DNA from: Eledone cirrhosa
Lineage: Eukaryota
NCBI GenBank assembly: GCA_964016885.1
Contig: OZ024743.1
Location: forward strand, 185,442,001 to 185,506,000
Direction of reading: 5' to 3'
Length of the DNA stretch: 64,000 nucleotides
A program made the translations under genes and the position numbers. Of this stretch, positions 14,501-28,290 are shown in pieces. The notes below the pieces were generated by a model. The model was not told the DNA's origin. It was given only the letters and a program-made list of their open reading frames with translations, and did not search any database. Within the stretch, counting starts at the first letter, position 1. Every line of letters starts with the position of its first letter.

Positions 14501-17500
14501 GGCATAAACGTTAACAGTGTTGGTGAGTGAGATTCTAGTATGGCATAAACGTTAACAGTGTTGTTGAGTGAGATTCTAGTATAGCATACACGTTAACAGT
14601 GTTCGTGAGTGAGATTCTAGTATGGCATAAACGTTAACAGTGTTATTGAGTGAGATTCTAGTATGGCATAAACGTTAACAGTGTTGGTGAGTCAGATTGT
14701 AGCATGGCATAAACGTTAACAGTGTTGGTGAGTGAGATTCTAGCATGACATAAACGTTAACAGTGTTGGTGAGTGAGATTCTAGTATGGCATAAACGTTA
14801 ACAGCGTTGGTGAGTCAGATTCTAGCATGGCATAAACGTTAACAGTGTTGGTGAGTAAGATTCTAGTATGGCATAAACGTTACCAGTGTTGGTGAGTGAG
14901 ATTCTAGTATGGCATAAACGTTAACAGTGTTGTTGAGTGAGATTCTAGCATGGCATACACGTTAACAGTGTTGTTGAGTGACATTCTGGTATGGCATACA
15001 CGTTAACAGTGTTGTTGAGTGAGGTTCTAGTATGGCATAAACGTTAACAGTGTTGTTGAGTGAGATTCTAGCATGGCATACACGTTAACAGTGTTGGTGA
15101 GTGAGATTCTAGTATGGCATAAACGTTAACAGTGTTGGTGAGTGAGATTCTAGTATGTCATACACGTTAACAGTGTTCGTGAGTGAGATTCTAGTATGGC
15201 ATAAACGTTAACAGTGTTGGTGAGTGAGATTCTAGTATGGCATAAACGTTAACAGTGTTCGTGAGTGAGATTCTAGTATGGCATAAATGTTAACAGTGTT
15301 GTTGAGTGAGATTCTAGCATGGCATACACGTTAAAAGTGTTGGTGAGTGAGATTCTAGTATGGCATAAACGTCAACAGTGTTGGTGAGTTAGATTCTAGT
15401 ATGGCATAAACGTTAACAGTGTTGGTGAGTGAGATTCTAGTATGGCATAAACGTTAACAGTGTTGGTGAGTGAGATTCTAGCATGACATAAACGTTAACA
15501 GTGTTGGTGAGTGAGATTCTAGTATGGCATAAACGTTAATAGTGTTGGTGAGTGAGATTCTAGCATGGCATAAACGTTAACAGTGTTGGTGAGTAAGATT
15601 CTAGCATGGCATAAACGTTAACAGTGTTGGTGAGTGAGATTCTAGTATGGCATAAACGTTAACAGTGTTGTTGAGTGAGATTCTAGCTTGGCATACACGT
15701 TAACAGTGTTGTTGAGTGACATTCTAGTATGGCATACACGTTAACAGTGTTGTTGAGTGAGATTCTAGTATGGCATAAACGTTAACACTGTTGTTGAGTG
15801 AGATTCTAGCATGGCATACACGTTAACAGTGTTGTTGAGTGAGATTCTAGTATGGCATACACGTTAACAGTGTTGTTGAGTGAGATTCTAGTATGGCATA
15901 AACGTTAACAGTGTTGGTGAGTGAGATTCTAGTATGGCATAAACGTTAACAGTGTTGTTGAGTGAGATTCTAGTATAGCATACACGTTAACAGTGTTCGT
16001 GAGTGAGATTCTAGCATGGCATAAACGTTAACAGTGTTGTTGAGTGAGATTCTAGTATGGCATACACGTTAACAGTGTTCGTGAGTGAGATTCTAGTATG
16101 GCATAAACGTTAACAGTGTTGGTGAATGAGATTCTAGTATGGCATACACGTTAACAGTGTTCGTGAGTGAGATTCTAGTATGGCATAAACGTTAACAGTG
16201 TTGGTGAGTGAGATTCTAGTATGGCATAATCGTTAACAGTGTTCGTGAGTGAGATTCTAGTATGGCATAAACGTTAACAGTGTTGTTGAGTGAGATTCTA
16301 GCATGGCATACACGTTAACAGTGTTGGTGAGTGAGATTCTAGTATGGCATAAACGTTAACAGTGTTGTTGAGTGAGATTCTAGTATGGCATAAACGTTAA
16401 CAGTGTTGTTGAGTGAGATTCTAGCATGGCATAAACGTTAACAGTGTTGGTGTGTGAGATTCTAGCATGACATAAACGTTAACAGTGTTGTTGAGTGAGA
16501 TTCTAGCATGGCATAAACGTTGACAGTGTTGGTGAGTGAGATTCTAGCATGGCATAAACGTTGACAGTATTGGTGAGTGAGATTCTAGTATGGCATAAAC
16601 GTTAACAGTGTTGTTGAGTGAGATTCTAGTATGGCATAAACGTTAACAGTGTTGTTGAGTGAGATTCTAGTATGGCATAAACGTTAACAGTGTTGGTGAG
16701 TCAGATTCTAGTATGGCATAAACGTTAACAGTGTTGGTGAGTCAGATTCTAGTATGGCATAAACGTTAACAGTGTTGGTGAGTCAGATTCTAGCATGGCA
16801 TAAACGTTAACAGTGTTGTTGAGTGAGATTCTAGCATGGCATAAACGTTAACAGTGTTGTTGAGTGAGATTCTAGTATGGCATAAACGTTAACAGTGTTG
16901 GTGAGTGAGATTCTAGTATGGCATAAACGTTAACAGTTTTAGTGAGTGAGATTCTAGTATGGCATAAACGTTAACAGTGTTGGTGAGTGAGATTCTAGTA
17001 TGGCATAAATGTTAACAGTGTTGGTGAGTGAGATTCTAGCATGGCATAAACGTTAACAGTGTTGGTGAGTCAGATTCTAGTATGGCATAAACGTTAACAG
17101 TGTTGGTGAGTGAGATTCTAGTATGACATAAACGTTAACAGTGTTGGTGAGTCAGATTCTAGCATGGCATAAACGTTAACACTGTTGTTGAGTGAGATTC
17201 TAGTATGGCATAAACGTTAACAGTGTTGGTGAGTCAGATTCTAGCATGGCATAAACGTTAACAGTGTTGTTGAGTGAGATTCTAGTATGGCATAAACGTT
17301 AACAGTGTTGGTGAGTGAGATTCTAGCATGGCATAAACGTTAACAGTGTTGGTGAGTGAGATTCTAGTATGGAATAAACGTTAACAGTGTTGGTGAGTGA
17401 GATTCTAGTATGGCATAAACGTTAACAGTGTTGTTGAGTGAGATTCTAGTATGGCATAAACGTTAACAGTGTTGGTGAGTGAGATTCTAGCATGACATAA

Positions 17501-17972
17501 ACGTTAACAGTGTTGGTGAGTGAGATTCTAGTATGGCATAAACGTTAACAGTGTTGGTGAGTGAGATTCTAGTATGGCATAAACGTCAACAGTGTTGGCG
17601 AGTCAGATTCTAGTATGGCATAAACGTTAACAGTGTTGGTGAGTGAGATTCTAGTATGGCATAAACGTTAACAGTGTTGTTGAGTGAGATTCTAGTATAG
17701 CATACACGTTAACAGTGTTCGTGAGTGAGATTCTAGTATGGCATAAACGTTAACAGTGTTATTGAGTGAGATTCTAGTATGGCATAAACGTTAACAGTGT
17801 TGGTGAGTCAGATTGTAGCATGGCATAAACGTTAACAGTGTTGGTGAGTGAGATTCTAGCATGACATAAACGTTAACAGTGTTGGTGAGTGAGATTCTAG
17901 TATGGCATAAACGTTAACAGCGTTGGTGAGTCAGATTCTAGCATGGCATAAACGTTAACAGTGTTGGTGAGT
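2517..17972 (+). repeat. Tandem duplication of 7,708 bp (188 monomers): about 2,517-10,264 matches about 10,225-17,972
   Basis: Rare markers recur at exactly +7,708: GTATCGC (2,570/10,278), GAGTCGG (2,761/10,469), TAATCG (5,406/13,114 and 8,522/16,230), CAGCGTT (10,213/17,921). I saw only a few mismatches, e.g. 6,115 vs 13,823 and 6,310 vs 14,018. Confidence 0.93.
3665..4756 (+). repeat. Block of about 11 monomers repeated at +656 bp (16 monomers); the same arrangement recurs 7,708 bp downstream
   Basis: AGTGTGGC 3,716/4,372, GAGTTAG 3,910/4,566 and TTAATAG 4,060/4,716 are all at +656. Identity breaks at about 4,104/4,760. Confidence 0.88.
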
Positions 17973-18488
17973 AAGATTCTAGTATGGCATAAACGTTACC
18001 AGTGTTGGTGAGTGAGATTCTAGTATGGCATAAACGTTAACAGTGTTGTTGAGTGAGATTCTAGCATGGCATACACGTTAACAGTGTTGTTGAGTGACAT
18101 TCTGGTATGGCATACACGTTAACAGTGTTGTTGAGTGAGGTTCTAGTATGGCATAAACGTTAACAGTGTTGTTGAGTGAGATTCTAGCATGGCATACACG
18201 TTAACAGTGTTGGTGAGTGAGATTCTAGTATGGCATAAACGTTAACAGTGTTGGTGAGTGAGATTCTAGTATGGCATACACGTTAACAGTGTTCGTGAGT
18301 GAGATTCTAGTATGGCATAAACGTTAACAGTGTTGGTGAGTGAGATTCTAGTATGGCATAAACGTTAACAGTGTTCGTGAGTGAGATTCTAGTATGGCAT
18401 AAATGTTAACAGTGTTGTTGAGTGAGATTCTAGCATGGCATACACGTTAAAAGTGTTGGTGAGTGAGATTCTAGTATGGCATAAACGT
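12220..18488 (+). repeat. Tandem duplication of 3,116 bp (76 monomers); a truncated copy of the same pair lies at about 4,512-10,264
   Basis: Markers at +3,116: TAATCG 13,114/16,230, GTTACC 14,883/17,999, TTAAAAG 15,333/18,449. In the upstream copy: GTCAAC 4,549/7,665, TAATCG 5,406/8,522, CAGCG 7,097/10,213. Confidence 0.92.
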
Positions 18489-21400
18489 TAACAGTGTTGT
18501 TGAGTGAGATTCTAGCATGGCATAAACGTTAACAGTGTTGGTGAGTGAGATTCTAGCATGACATAAACGTTAACAGTGTTGTTGAGTGAGATTCTAGCAT
18601 GGCATAAACGTTGACAGTGTTGGTGAGTGAGATTCTAGCATGGCATAAACGTTGACAGTATTGGTGAGTGAGATTCTAGTATGGAATAAACGTTAACAGT
18701 GTTGTTGAGTGAGATTCTAGTATGGCATAAACGTTAACAGTGTTGTTGAGTGAGATTCTAGCATGGCATAAACGTTAACAGTGTTGGTGAGTGAGATTCT
18801 AGTATGGCATAAACGTTAACAGAGTTGGTGAGCGAGATTCTAGTATGGCATAAACGTTAACAGTGTTGTTGAGTGAGATTCTAGCATGGCAAAAACGTTA
18901 ACAGTGTTGTTGAGTGAGATCCTAGTATGGCATAAACGTTAACAGTGTTGTTGAGTGAGATTCTAGTATGGCATAAACGTTAACAGTGTTGGTGAGTGAG
19001 ATTCTAGTATGGCATAAACGTTAACAGTGTTGTTGAGTGAGATTCTAGTATGGCATAAACGTTAACAGTGTTGGTGAGTGAGATTCTAGTATGGCATAAA
19101 CGTTAACAGTGTTGGTGAGTGAGATTCTAGTATGGTATACACATTAACAGTGTTGTTGATTGAGATTCTAGTATGGCATACATATTAACAGTGTTGTTGA
19201 GTGAGATTCTAGTATGGCATAAACGTTAACAGTGTTGGTGAGTGAGATTCTAGCATGGCATAAACGTTAACAGCGTTGGTGAGTGAGATTCTAGTATGGC
19301 ATAAACATTAACAGAGTTGGTGAGTGAGATTCTAGTATGGCATAAACGTTAACAGTGTTGTTGAGTGAGATTCTAGCATGGCATAAACGTTAACAGTGTT
19401 GTTGAGTGACATCCTAGTATGGCATAAACGTTAACAGTGTTGTTGAGTGAGATTCTAGCATGGCATAAACGTTAACAGTGTTGGTGAGTGTGATTCTAGT
19501 ATCGCATAAACGTTAACAGTGTTGGTGAGTAAGATTCTAGTATGGCATAAACGTTAACAGTGTTGGTGAGTGAGATTCCAGTATGGCATAAACGTTAACA
19601 GTGTTGGTGAGTGAGATTCTAGTATGGCATAAACGTTAACAGTGTTGGTGAGTGAGATTCTAGTATGGCATAAACGTTAACAGTGTTGGTGAGTCGGATT
19701 CTAGTATGGCATAAACGTTAACAGTGTTGGTGAGTGAGATTCTAGTATGGCATAAACGTTAACAATGTTGGTGAGTCAGATTCTAGCATGGCATAAACGT
19801 TAACCGTTTTGTTGAGTCAGATTCTAGTATGGCATAAACGTTAACAGTGTTGGTGAGTGAGATTCTAGTATGGCATAAACGTTAACAGTGTTGTTGAGTG
19901 AGATTCTAGTATGGCATAAACGTTAACAGTGTTGTTGAGTGAGATTCTAGCATGGCATAAACGTTAACAGTGTTGGTGAGTGAGATTCTAGCATGACATA
20001 AACGTCAACAGTGTTGTTGAGCGAGATTCTAGCATGGCATAAACGTTGACAGTGTTGGTGAGTGAGATTCTAGCATGGCATAAACGTTGACAGTATTGGT
20101 GAGTGAGATTCTAGTATGGCATAAACGTTAACAGTGTTGTTGAGTGAGATTCTAGTATGGCATAAACGTTAACAGTGTTGTTGAGTGAGATTCTAGCATG
20201 GCATACACGTTAACAGTGTTGTTGAGTGAGATTCTAGTATGGCATACACGTTAACAGTGTTGTTGAGTGAGATTCTGGTATGGCATAAACGTTAACAGTG
20301 TTGGTGAGTGAGATTCTAGTATGGCATAAACGTTAACAGTGTTGTTGAGTGAGATTCTAGTATAGCATGCACGTTAACAGTGTTCGTGAGTGAGATTCTA
20401 GTATGGCATAAACGTTAACAGTGTTGTTGAGTGAGATTCTAGTATGGCATACACGTTAACAGTGTTCGTGAGTGAGATTCTAGTATGGCATAAACGTTAA
20501 CAGTGTTGGTGAGTGAGATTCTAGTATGGCATACACGTTAACAGTGTTCGTGAGTGAGATTCTAGTATGGCATAAACGTTAACAGTGTTGGTGAGTGAGA
20601 TTCTAGTATGGCATAAACGTTAACAGTGTTGGTGAGTGAGATTCTAGCATGACATAAACGTTAACAGTGTTGGTGAGTGAGATTCTAGTATGGCATAAAC
20701 GTTAACAGTGTTGGTGAGTGAGATTCTAGCATGGCATAAACGTTAACAGTGTTGGTGAGTAAGATTCTAGCATGGCATAAACGTTAACAGTGTTGGTGAG
20801 TGAGATTCTAGTATGGCATAAACGTTAACAGTGTTGTTGAGTGAGATTCTAGCTTGGCATACACGTTAACAGTGTTGTTGAGTGACATTCTAGTATGGCA
20901 TACACGTTAACAGTGTTGTTGAGTGAGATTCTAGTATGGCATAAACGTTAACAGTGTTGTTGAGTGAGATTCTAGCATGGCATACACGTTAACAGTGTTG
21001 TTGAGTGAGATTCTAGTATGGCATACACGTTAACAGTGTTGTTGAGTGAGATTCTAGTATGGCATAAACGTTAACAGTGTTGGTGAGTGAGATTCTAGTA
21101 TGGCATAAACGTTAACAGTGTTGTTGAGTGAGATTCTAGTATAGCATACACGTTAACAGTGTTCGTGAGTGAGATTCTAGCATGGCATAAACGTTAACAG
21201 TGTTGTTGAGTGAGATTCTAGTATGGCATACACGTTAACAGTGTTCGTGAGTGAGATTCTAGTATGGCATAAACGTTAACAGTGTTGGTGAATGAGATTC
21301 TAGTATGGCATACACGTTAACAGTGTTCGTGAGTGAGATTCTAGTATGGCATAAACGTTAACAGTGTTGGTGAGTGAGATTCTAGTATGGCATAAACGTT

Positions 21401-24400
21401 AACAGTGTTCGTGAGTGAGATTCTAGTATGGCATAAACGTTAACAGTGTTGTTGAGTGAGATTCTAGCATGGCATACACGTTAACAGTGTTGGTGAGTGA
21501 GATTCTAGTATGGCATAAACGTTAACAGTGTTGTTGAGTGAGATTCTAGTATGGCATAAACGTTAACAGTGTTGTTGAGTGAGATTCTAGCATGGCATAA
21601 ACGTTAACAGTGTTGGTGTGTGAGATTCTAGCATGACATAAACGTTAACAGTGTTGTTGAGTGAGATTCTAGCATGGCATAAACGTTGACAGTGTTGGTG
21701 AGTGAGATTCTAGTATGGCATAAACGTTGACAGTATTGGTGAGTGAGATTCTAGTATGGCATAAACGTTAACAGTGTTGTTGAGTGAGATTCTAGTATGG
21801 CATAAACGTTAACAGTTTGTTGAGTGAGATTCTAGTATGGCATAAACGTTAACAGTGTTGATGAGTGAGATTCTAGCATGGCATAAACGTTAACGGTGTT
21901 GGTGAGTGAGATTCTAGTATGGCATAAACGTTAACAGAGTTGGTGAGCGAGATTCTAGTATGGCATAAACGTTAACAGTGTTGTTGAGTGAGATTCTAGC
22001 ATGGCATAAACGTTAACAGTGTTGTTGAGTGAGATCCTAGTATGGCATAAACGTTAACAGTGTTGTTGAGTGAGATTCTAGTATGGCATAAACGTTAACA
22101 GTGTTGGTGAGTCAGATTCTAGTATGGCATAAACGTTAACAGTGTTGGTGAGTGAGATTCTAGTATGGCATACACATTAACAGTGTTGTTGAGTGAGATT
22201 CTAGTATGGCATAAACATTAACAGAGTTGGTGAGTGAGATTCTAGCATGGCATAAACGTTAACAGTGTTGTTGAGTGAGATCCTAGTATGGCATAAACGT
22301 TAACAGTGTTGTTGAGTGAGATTCTAGTATGGCATAAACGTTAACAGTGTTGGTGAGTGAGATTCTAGTATGGCATAAACGTTAACAGTGTTGATGAGTG
22401 AGATTCTAGTATGGCATAAACGTTAACAGTGTTGTTGAGTGAGATTCTAGCATGGCATAAACGTTAACAGTGTTGTTGAGTGAGATCCTAGTATAGAATA
22501 AACGTTAACAGTGTTGTTGAGTGAGATTCTAGTATGGCATAAACGTTAACAGTGTTGTTGAGTGAGATTCTAGCATGGCATACACGTTAACAGTGTTGTT
22601 GAGTGAGATTCTAGTATGGCATACACGTTAACAGTGTTGTTGAGTGAGATTCTAGTATGGCATAAACGTTAACAGTGTTGGTGAGTGAGATTCTAGTATG
22701 GCATAAACGTTAACAGTGTTGTTGAGTGAGATTCTAGTATAGCATACACGTTAACAGTGTTCGTGAGTGAGATTCTAGTATGGCATAAACGTTAACAGTG
22801 TTGTTGAGTGAGATTCTAGTATGGCATACACGTTAACAGTGTTCGTGAGTGAGATTCTAGTATGGCATAAACGTTAACAGTGTTGGGGAGTGAGATTCTA
22901 GTATGGCATACACGTTAACAGTGTTCGTGAGTGAGATACTAGTATGGCATAAAAGTTAACAGTGTTGGTGAGTGAGATTCTAGTATGGCATAAACGTCAA
23001 CAGTGTTGGTGAGTGAGATTCTAGTATGGCATAAACGTTAACAGTGTTGGTGAGTGAGATTCTAGTATGGCATAAACGTTAACAGTGTTGGTGAGTGAGA
23101 TTCTAGTATGGCATAAACGTTAACAGTGTTGGTGAGTCAGATTGTAGCATGGCATAAACGTTAACAGTGTTGGTGAGTGAGATTCTAGCCTGACATAAAC
23201 GTTAACAGTGTTGGTGAGTGAGATTCTAGTATGGCATAAACGTTAACAGTGTTGGTGAGTGAGATTCTAGCATGGCATAAACGTTAAAAGTGTTGGTGAG
23301 TAAGATCTAGCATGGCATAAACATTAACAGTGTTGGTGAGTGAGATTCTAGTATGGCATAAACGTTAACAGTGTTGTTGAGTGAGATTCTAGCATGGCAT
23401 ACACGTTAACAGTGTTGTTGAGTGACATTCTAGTATGGCATACACGTTAACAGTGTTGTTGAGTGAGATTCTAGTATGGCATAAACGTTAACAGTGTTGT
23501 TGAGTGAGATTCCAGCATGGCATACACGTTAACAGTGTTGTTGAGTGAGATTCTAGTATGGCATACACGTTAACAGTGTTGTTGAGTGAGATTCTAGTAT
23601 GGCATAAACGTTAACAGTGTTGGTGAGTGAGATTCTAGTATGGCATAAACGTTAACAGTGTTGTTGAGTGAGATTCTAGTATAGCATACACGTTAACAGT
23701 GTTCGTGAGTGAGATTCTAGCATGGCATAAACGTTAACAGTGTTGTTGAGTGAGATTCTAGTATGGCATACACGTTAACAGTGTTCGTGAGTGAGATTCT
23801 AGTATGGCATAAACGTTAACAGTGTTGGTGAATGAGATTCTAGTATGGCATACACGTTAACAGTGTTCGTCAGTGAGATTCTAGTATGGCATAAACGTTA
23901 ACGGTGTTGGTGAGTGAGATTCTAGTATGGCATAAACGTTAACAGTGTTCGTGAGTGAGATTCTAGTATGGCATAAACGTTAACAGTGTTGTTGAGTGAG
24001 ATTCTAGCATGGCATACACGTTAACAGTGTTGGTGAGTGAGATTCTAGTATGGCATAAACTTTAACAGTGTTGTTGAGTGAGATTCTAGTATGGCATAAA
24101 CGTTAACAGTGTTGTCGAGTGAGATTCTAGCATAGCATAAACGTTAACAGTGTTGGTGAGTGAGATTCTAGCATGACATAAACGTTAACAGTGTTGTTGA
24201 GTGAGATTCTAGCATGTCATAAACGTTGACAGTGTTGGTGAGTGAGATTCTAGCATGGCATAAACGTTGACAGTATTGGTGAGTGAGATTCTAGTATGGC
24301 ATAAACGTTAACAGTGTTGTTGAGTGAGATTCTAGTATGGCATAAACGTTAACAGTGTTGTTGAGTGAGATTCTAGTATGGCATAAACGTTAACAGTGTT

Positions 24401-26274
24401 GATGAGTGAGATTCTAGCATGGCATAAACGTTAACAGTGTTGGTGAGTGAGATTCTAGTATGGCATAAACGTTAACCGTTTTGTTGAGTCAGATTCTAGT
24501 ATGGCATAAACGTTAACAGTGTTGGTGAGTGAGATTCTAGTATGGCATAAACGTTAACAGTGTTGTTGAGTGAGATTCTAGTATGGCATAAACGTTAACA
24601 GTGTTGTTGAGTGAGATTCTAGCATGGCATAAACGTTAACAGTGTTGGTGAGTGAGATTGTAGCATGACATAAACGTTAACAGTGTTGTTGAGCGAGATT
24701 CTAGCATGGCATAAACGTTGACAGTGTTGGTGAGTGAGATTCTAGCATGGCATAAACGTTGACAGTATTGGTGAGTGAGATTCTAGTATGGCATAAACGT
24801 TAACAGTGTTGTTGAGTGAGATTCTAGTATGGCATAAACGTTAACAGTGTTGTTGAGTGAGATTCTAGTATGGCATAAACGTTAACAGTGTTGGTGAGTG
24901 AGATTCTAGCATGGCATAAACGTTAACAGTGTTGGTGAGTGAGATTCTAGTATGGCATAAACGTAAACAGAGTTGGTGAGTGAGATTCTAGTATGGCATA
25001 AACGTTAACAGTGTTGTTGAGTGAGATTCTAGTATGGCATACACGTTAACAGTGTTGTTGAGTGAGATTCTAGTATGGCATAAACGTTAACAGTGTTGGT
25101 GAGTGAGATTCTAGTATGGCATAAACGTTAACAGTGTTGTTGAGTGAGATTCTAGTATAGCATACACGTTAACAGTGTTCGTGAGTGAGATTCTAGTATG
25201 GCATAAACGTTAACAGTGTTGTTGAGTGAGATTCTAGTATGGCATACACGTTAACAGTGTTCGTGAGTGAGATTCTAGTATGGCATAAACGTTAACAGTG
25301 TTGGTGAGTGAGATTCTAGTATGGCATACACGTTAAGAGTGTTCGTGAGTGAGATTCTAGTATGGCATAAACGTTAACAGTGTTGGTGAGTGAGATTCTA
25401 GTATGGCATAAACTTGAACAGTGTTGGTGAGTCAGATTCTAGTATGGCATAAACGTTAACAGTGTTGGTGAGTGAGATTCTAGTATGGCATAAACGTTAA
25501 CAGTGTTGGTGAGTGAGATTCTAGCATGACATAAACGTTAACAGTGTTGGTGAGTGAGATTCTAGTATGGCATAAACGTTAACATTGTTGGTGAGTGAGA
25601 TTCTAGCATGGCATAAACGTTAACAGTGTTGGTGAGTAAGATTCTAGCATGGCATAAACGTTAACAGTGTTGGTGAGTGAGATTCTAGTATGGCATAAAC
25701 GTTAACAGTGTTGTTGAGTGAGATTCTAGCTTGGCATACACGTTAACAGTGTTGTTGAGTGACATTCTAGTATGGCATACACGTTAACAGTGTTGTTGAG
25801 TGAGATTCTAGTATGGCATAAACGTTAACAGTGTTGTTGAGTGAGATTCTAGCATGGCATACACGTTAACAGTGTTGTTGAGTGAGATTCTAGTACGGCA
25901 TACACGTTAACAATGTTGTTGAGTGAGATTCTAGTATGGCATAAACGTTAACAGTGTTGGTGAGTGAGATTCTAGTGTGGCATAAACGTTAACAGTGTTG
26001 TTGAGTGAGATTCTAGTATAGCATACACGTTAACAGTGTTCGTGAGTGAGATTCTAGCATGGCATAAACGTTAACAGTGTTGTTGAGTGAGATTCTAGTA
26101 TGGCATACACGTTAACAGTGTTCGTGAGTGAGATTCTAGTATGGCATAAACGTTAACAGTGTTGGTGAGTGAGATTCTAGTATGGCATAAACGTTAACAG
26201 TGTTCGTGAGTGAGATTCTAGTATGGCATAAACGTTAACACTGTTGTTGAGTGAGATTCTAGCATGGCATACAC

Positions 26275-28290
26275 GTTAACAGTGTTGGTGAGTGAGATTC
26301 TAGTATGGCATAAACGTTAACAGTGTTGTTGAGTGAGATTCTAGTATGGCATAAACGTTAACAGTGTTGTTGAGTGAGATTCTAGCATGGCATAAACGTT
26401 AACAGTGTTGGTGTGTGAGATTCTAGCATGACATAAACGTTAACAGTGTTGTTGAGTGAGATTCTAGCATGGCATAAACGTTGACAGTGTTGGTGAGTGA
26501 GATTCTAGCATGGCATAAACCTTAACAGTGTTGTTGAGTGAGATTCTAGTATGGCATAAACGTTAACAGTGTTGTTGAGTGAGATTCTAGTATGGCATAA
26601 ACGTTAACAGTGTTGATGAGTGAGATTCTAGCATGGCATAAACGTTAACGGTGTTGGTGAGTGAGATTCTAGTATGGCATAAACGTTAACAGAGTTGGTG
26701 AGCGAGATTCTAGTATGGCATAAACGTTAACAGTGTTGTTGAGTGAGATTCTAGCATGGCATAAACGTTAACAGTGTTGTTGAGTGAGATCCTAGTATGG
26801 CATAAACGTTAACAGTGTTGTTGAGTGAGATTCTAGTATGGCATAAACGTTAACAGTGTTGTTGAGTGAGATTCTAGCATAGCATAAACGTTAACAGTGT
26901 TGGTGAGTGAGATTCTAGCATGACATAAACGTTAACAGTGTTGTTGAGTGAGATTCTAGCATGTCATAAACGTTGAGAGTGTTGGTGAGTGAGATTCTAG
27001 CATGGCATAAACGTTGACAGTATTGGTTAGTGAGATTCTAGTATGGCATAAACGTTAACAGTGTTGTTGAGTGAGATTCTAGTATGGCATAAACGTTAAC
27101 AGTGTTGATCAGTGAGATTCTAGCATGGCATAAACGTTAACAGTGTTGGTGAGTGAGATTCTAGTATGGCATAAACGTTAACCGTTTTGTTGAGTCAGAT
27201 TCTAGTATGGCATAAACGTTAACAGTGTTGGTGAGTGAGATTCTAGTATGGCATAAACGTTAACAGTGTTGTTGAGTGAGATTCTAGTATGGCATAAACG
27301 TTAACAGTGTTGGTGAGTGAGATTCTAGTATGGCATAAACGTTAACAGTGTTGTTGAGTGAGATTCTAGTATGGCATAAACGTTAACAGTGTTGTTGAGT
27401 GAGATTCTAGCATGGCATAAACGTTAACAGTGTTGGTGTGTGAGATTCTAGCATGACATAAACGTTAACAGTGTTGTTGAGTGAGATTCTAGCATGGCAT
27501 AAACATTGACAGTGTTGGTGAGTGAGATTCTAGCATGGCATAAACCTTAACAGTGTTGTTGAGTGAGATTCTAGTATGGCATAAACGTTAACAGTGTTGT
27601 TGAGTGAGATTCTAGTATGGCATAAACGTTAACAGTGTTGATGAGTGAGATTCTAGCATGGCATAAACGTTAACGGTGTTGGTGAGTGAGATTCTAGTAT
27701 GGCATAAACGTTAACAGAGTTGGTGAGCGAGATTCTAGTATGGCATAAACGTTAACAGTGTTGTTGAGTGAGATTCTAGCATGGCATAAACGTTAACAGT
27801 GTTGTTGAGTGAGATCCTAGTATGGCATAAACGTTAACAGTGTTGTTGAGTGAGATTCTAGCATAGCATAAACGTTAACAGTGTTGGTGAGTGAGATTCT
27901 AGCATGACATAAACGTTAACAGTGTTGTTGAGTGAGATTCTAGCATGTCATAAACGTTGAGAGTGTTGTTGAGTGAGATTCTAGCATGTCATAAACGTTG
28001 ACAGTATTGGTTAGTGAGATTCTAGTATGGCATAAACGTTAACAGTGTTGTTGAGTGAGATTCTAGTATGGCATAAACGTTAACAGTGTTGATCAGTGAG
28101 ATTCTAGCATGGCATAAACGTTAACAGTGTTGGTGAGTGAGATTCTAGTATGGCATAAACGTTAACCGTTTTGTTGAGTCAGATTCTAGTATGGCATAAA
28201 CGTTAACAGTGTTGGTGAGTGAGATTCTAGTATGGCATAAACGTTAACAGTGTTGTTGAGTGAGATTCTAGTATGGCATAAACGTTAACA
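26275..28290 (+). repeat. Tandem duplication of about 1 kb (25 monomers, second copy one monomer shorter)
   Basis: ACCTTAAC 26,521/27,546 (+1,025 = 25x41), then GATCAGTG 27,110/28,094 (+984 = 24x41). GTTGAGAG and TATTGGTTAG are also shared. Confidence 0.85.

Noticed and set aside
2517-17972. Large duplications as pure assembly or sequencing artefact
   Set aside because: The copies differ at discrete sites, random indel noise is absent, and the nesting is coherent. This is not fully excluded without reads.
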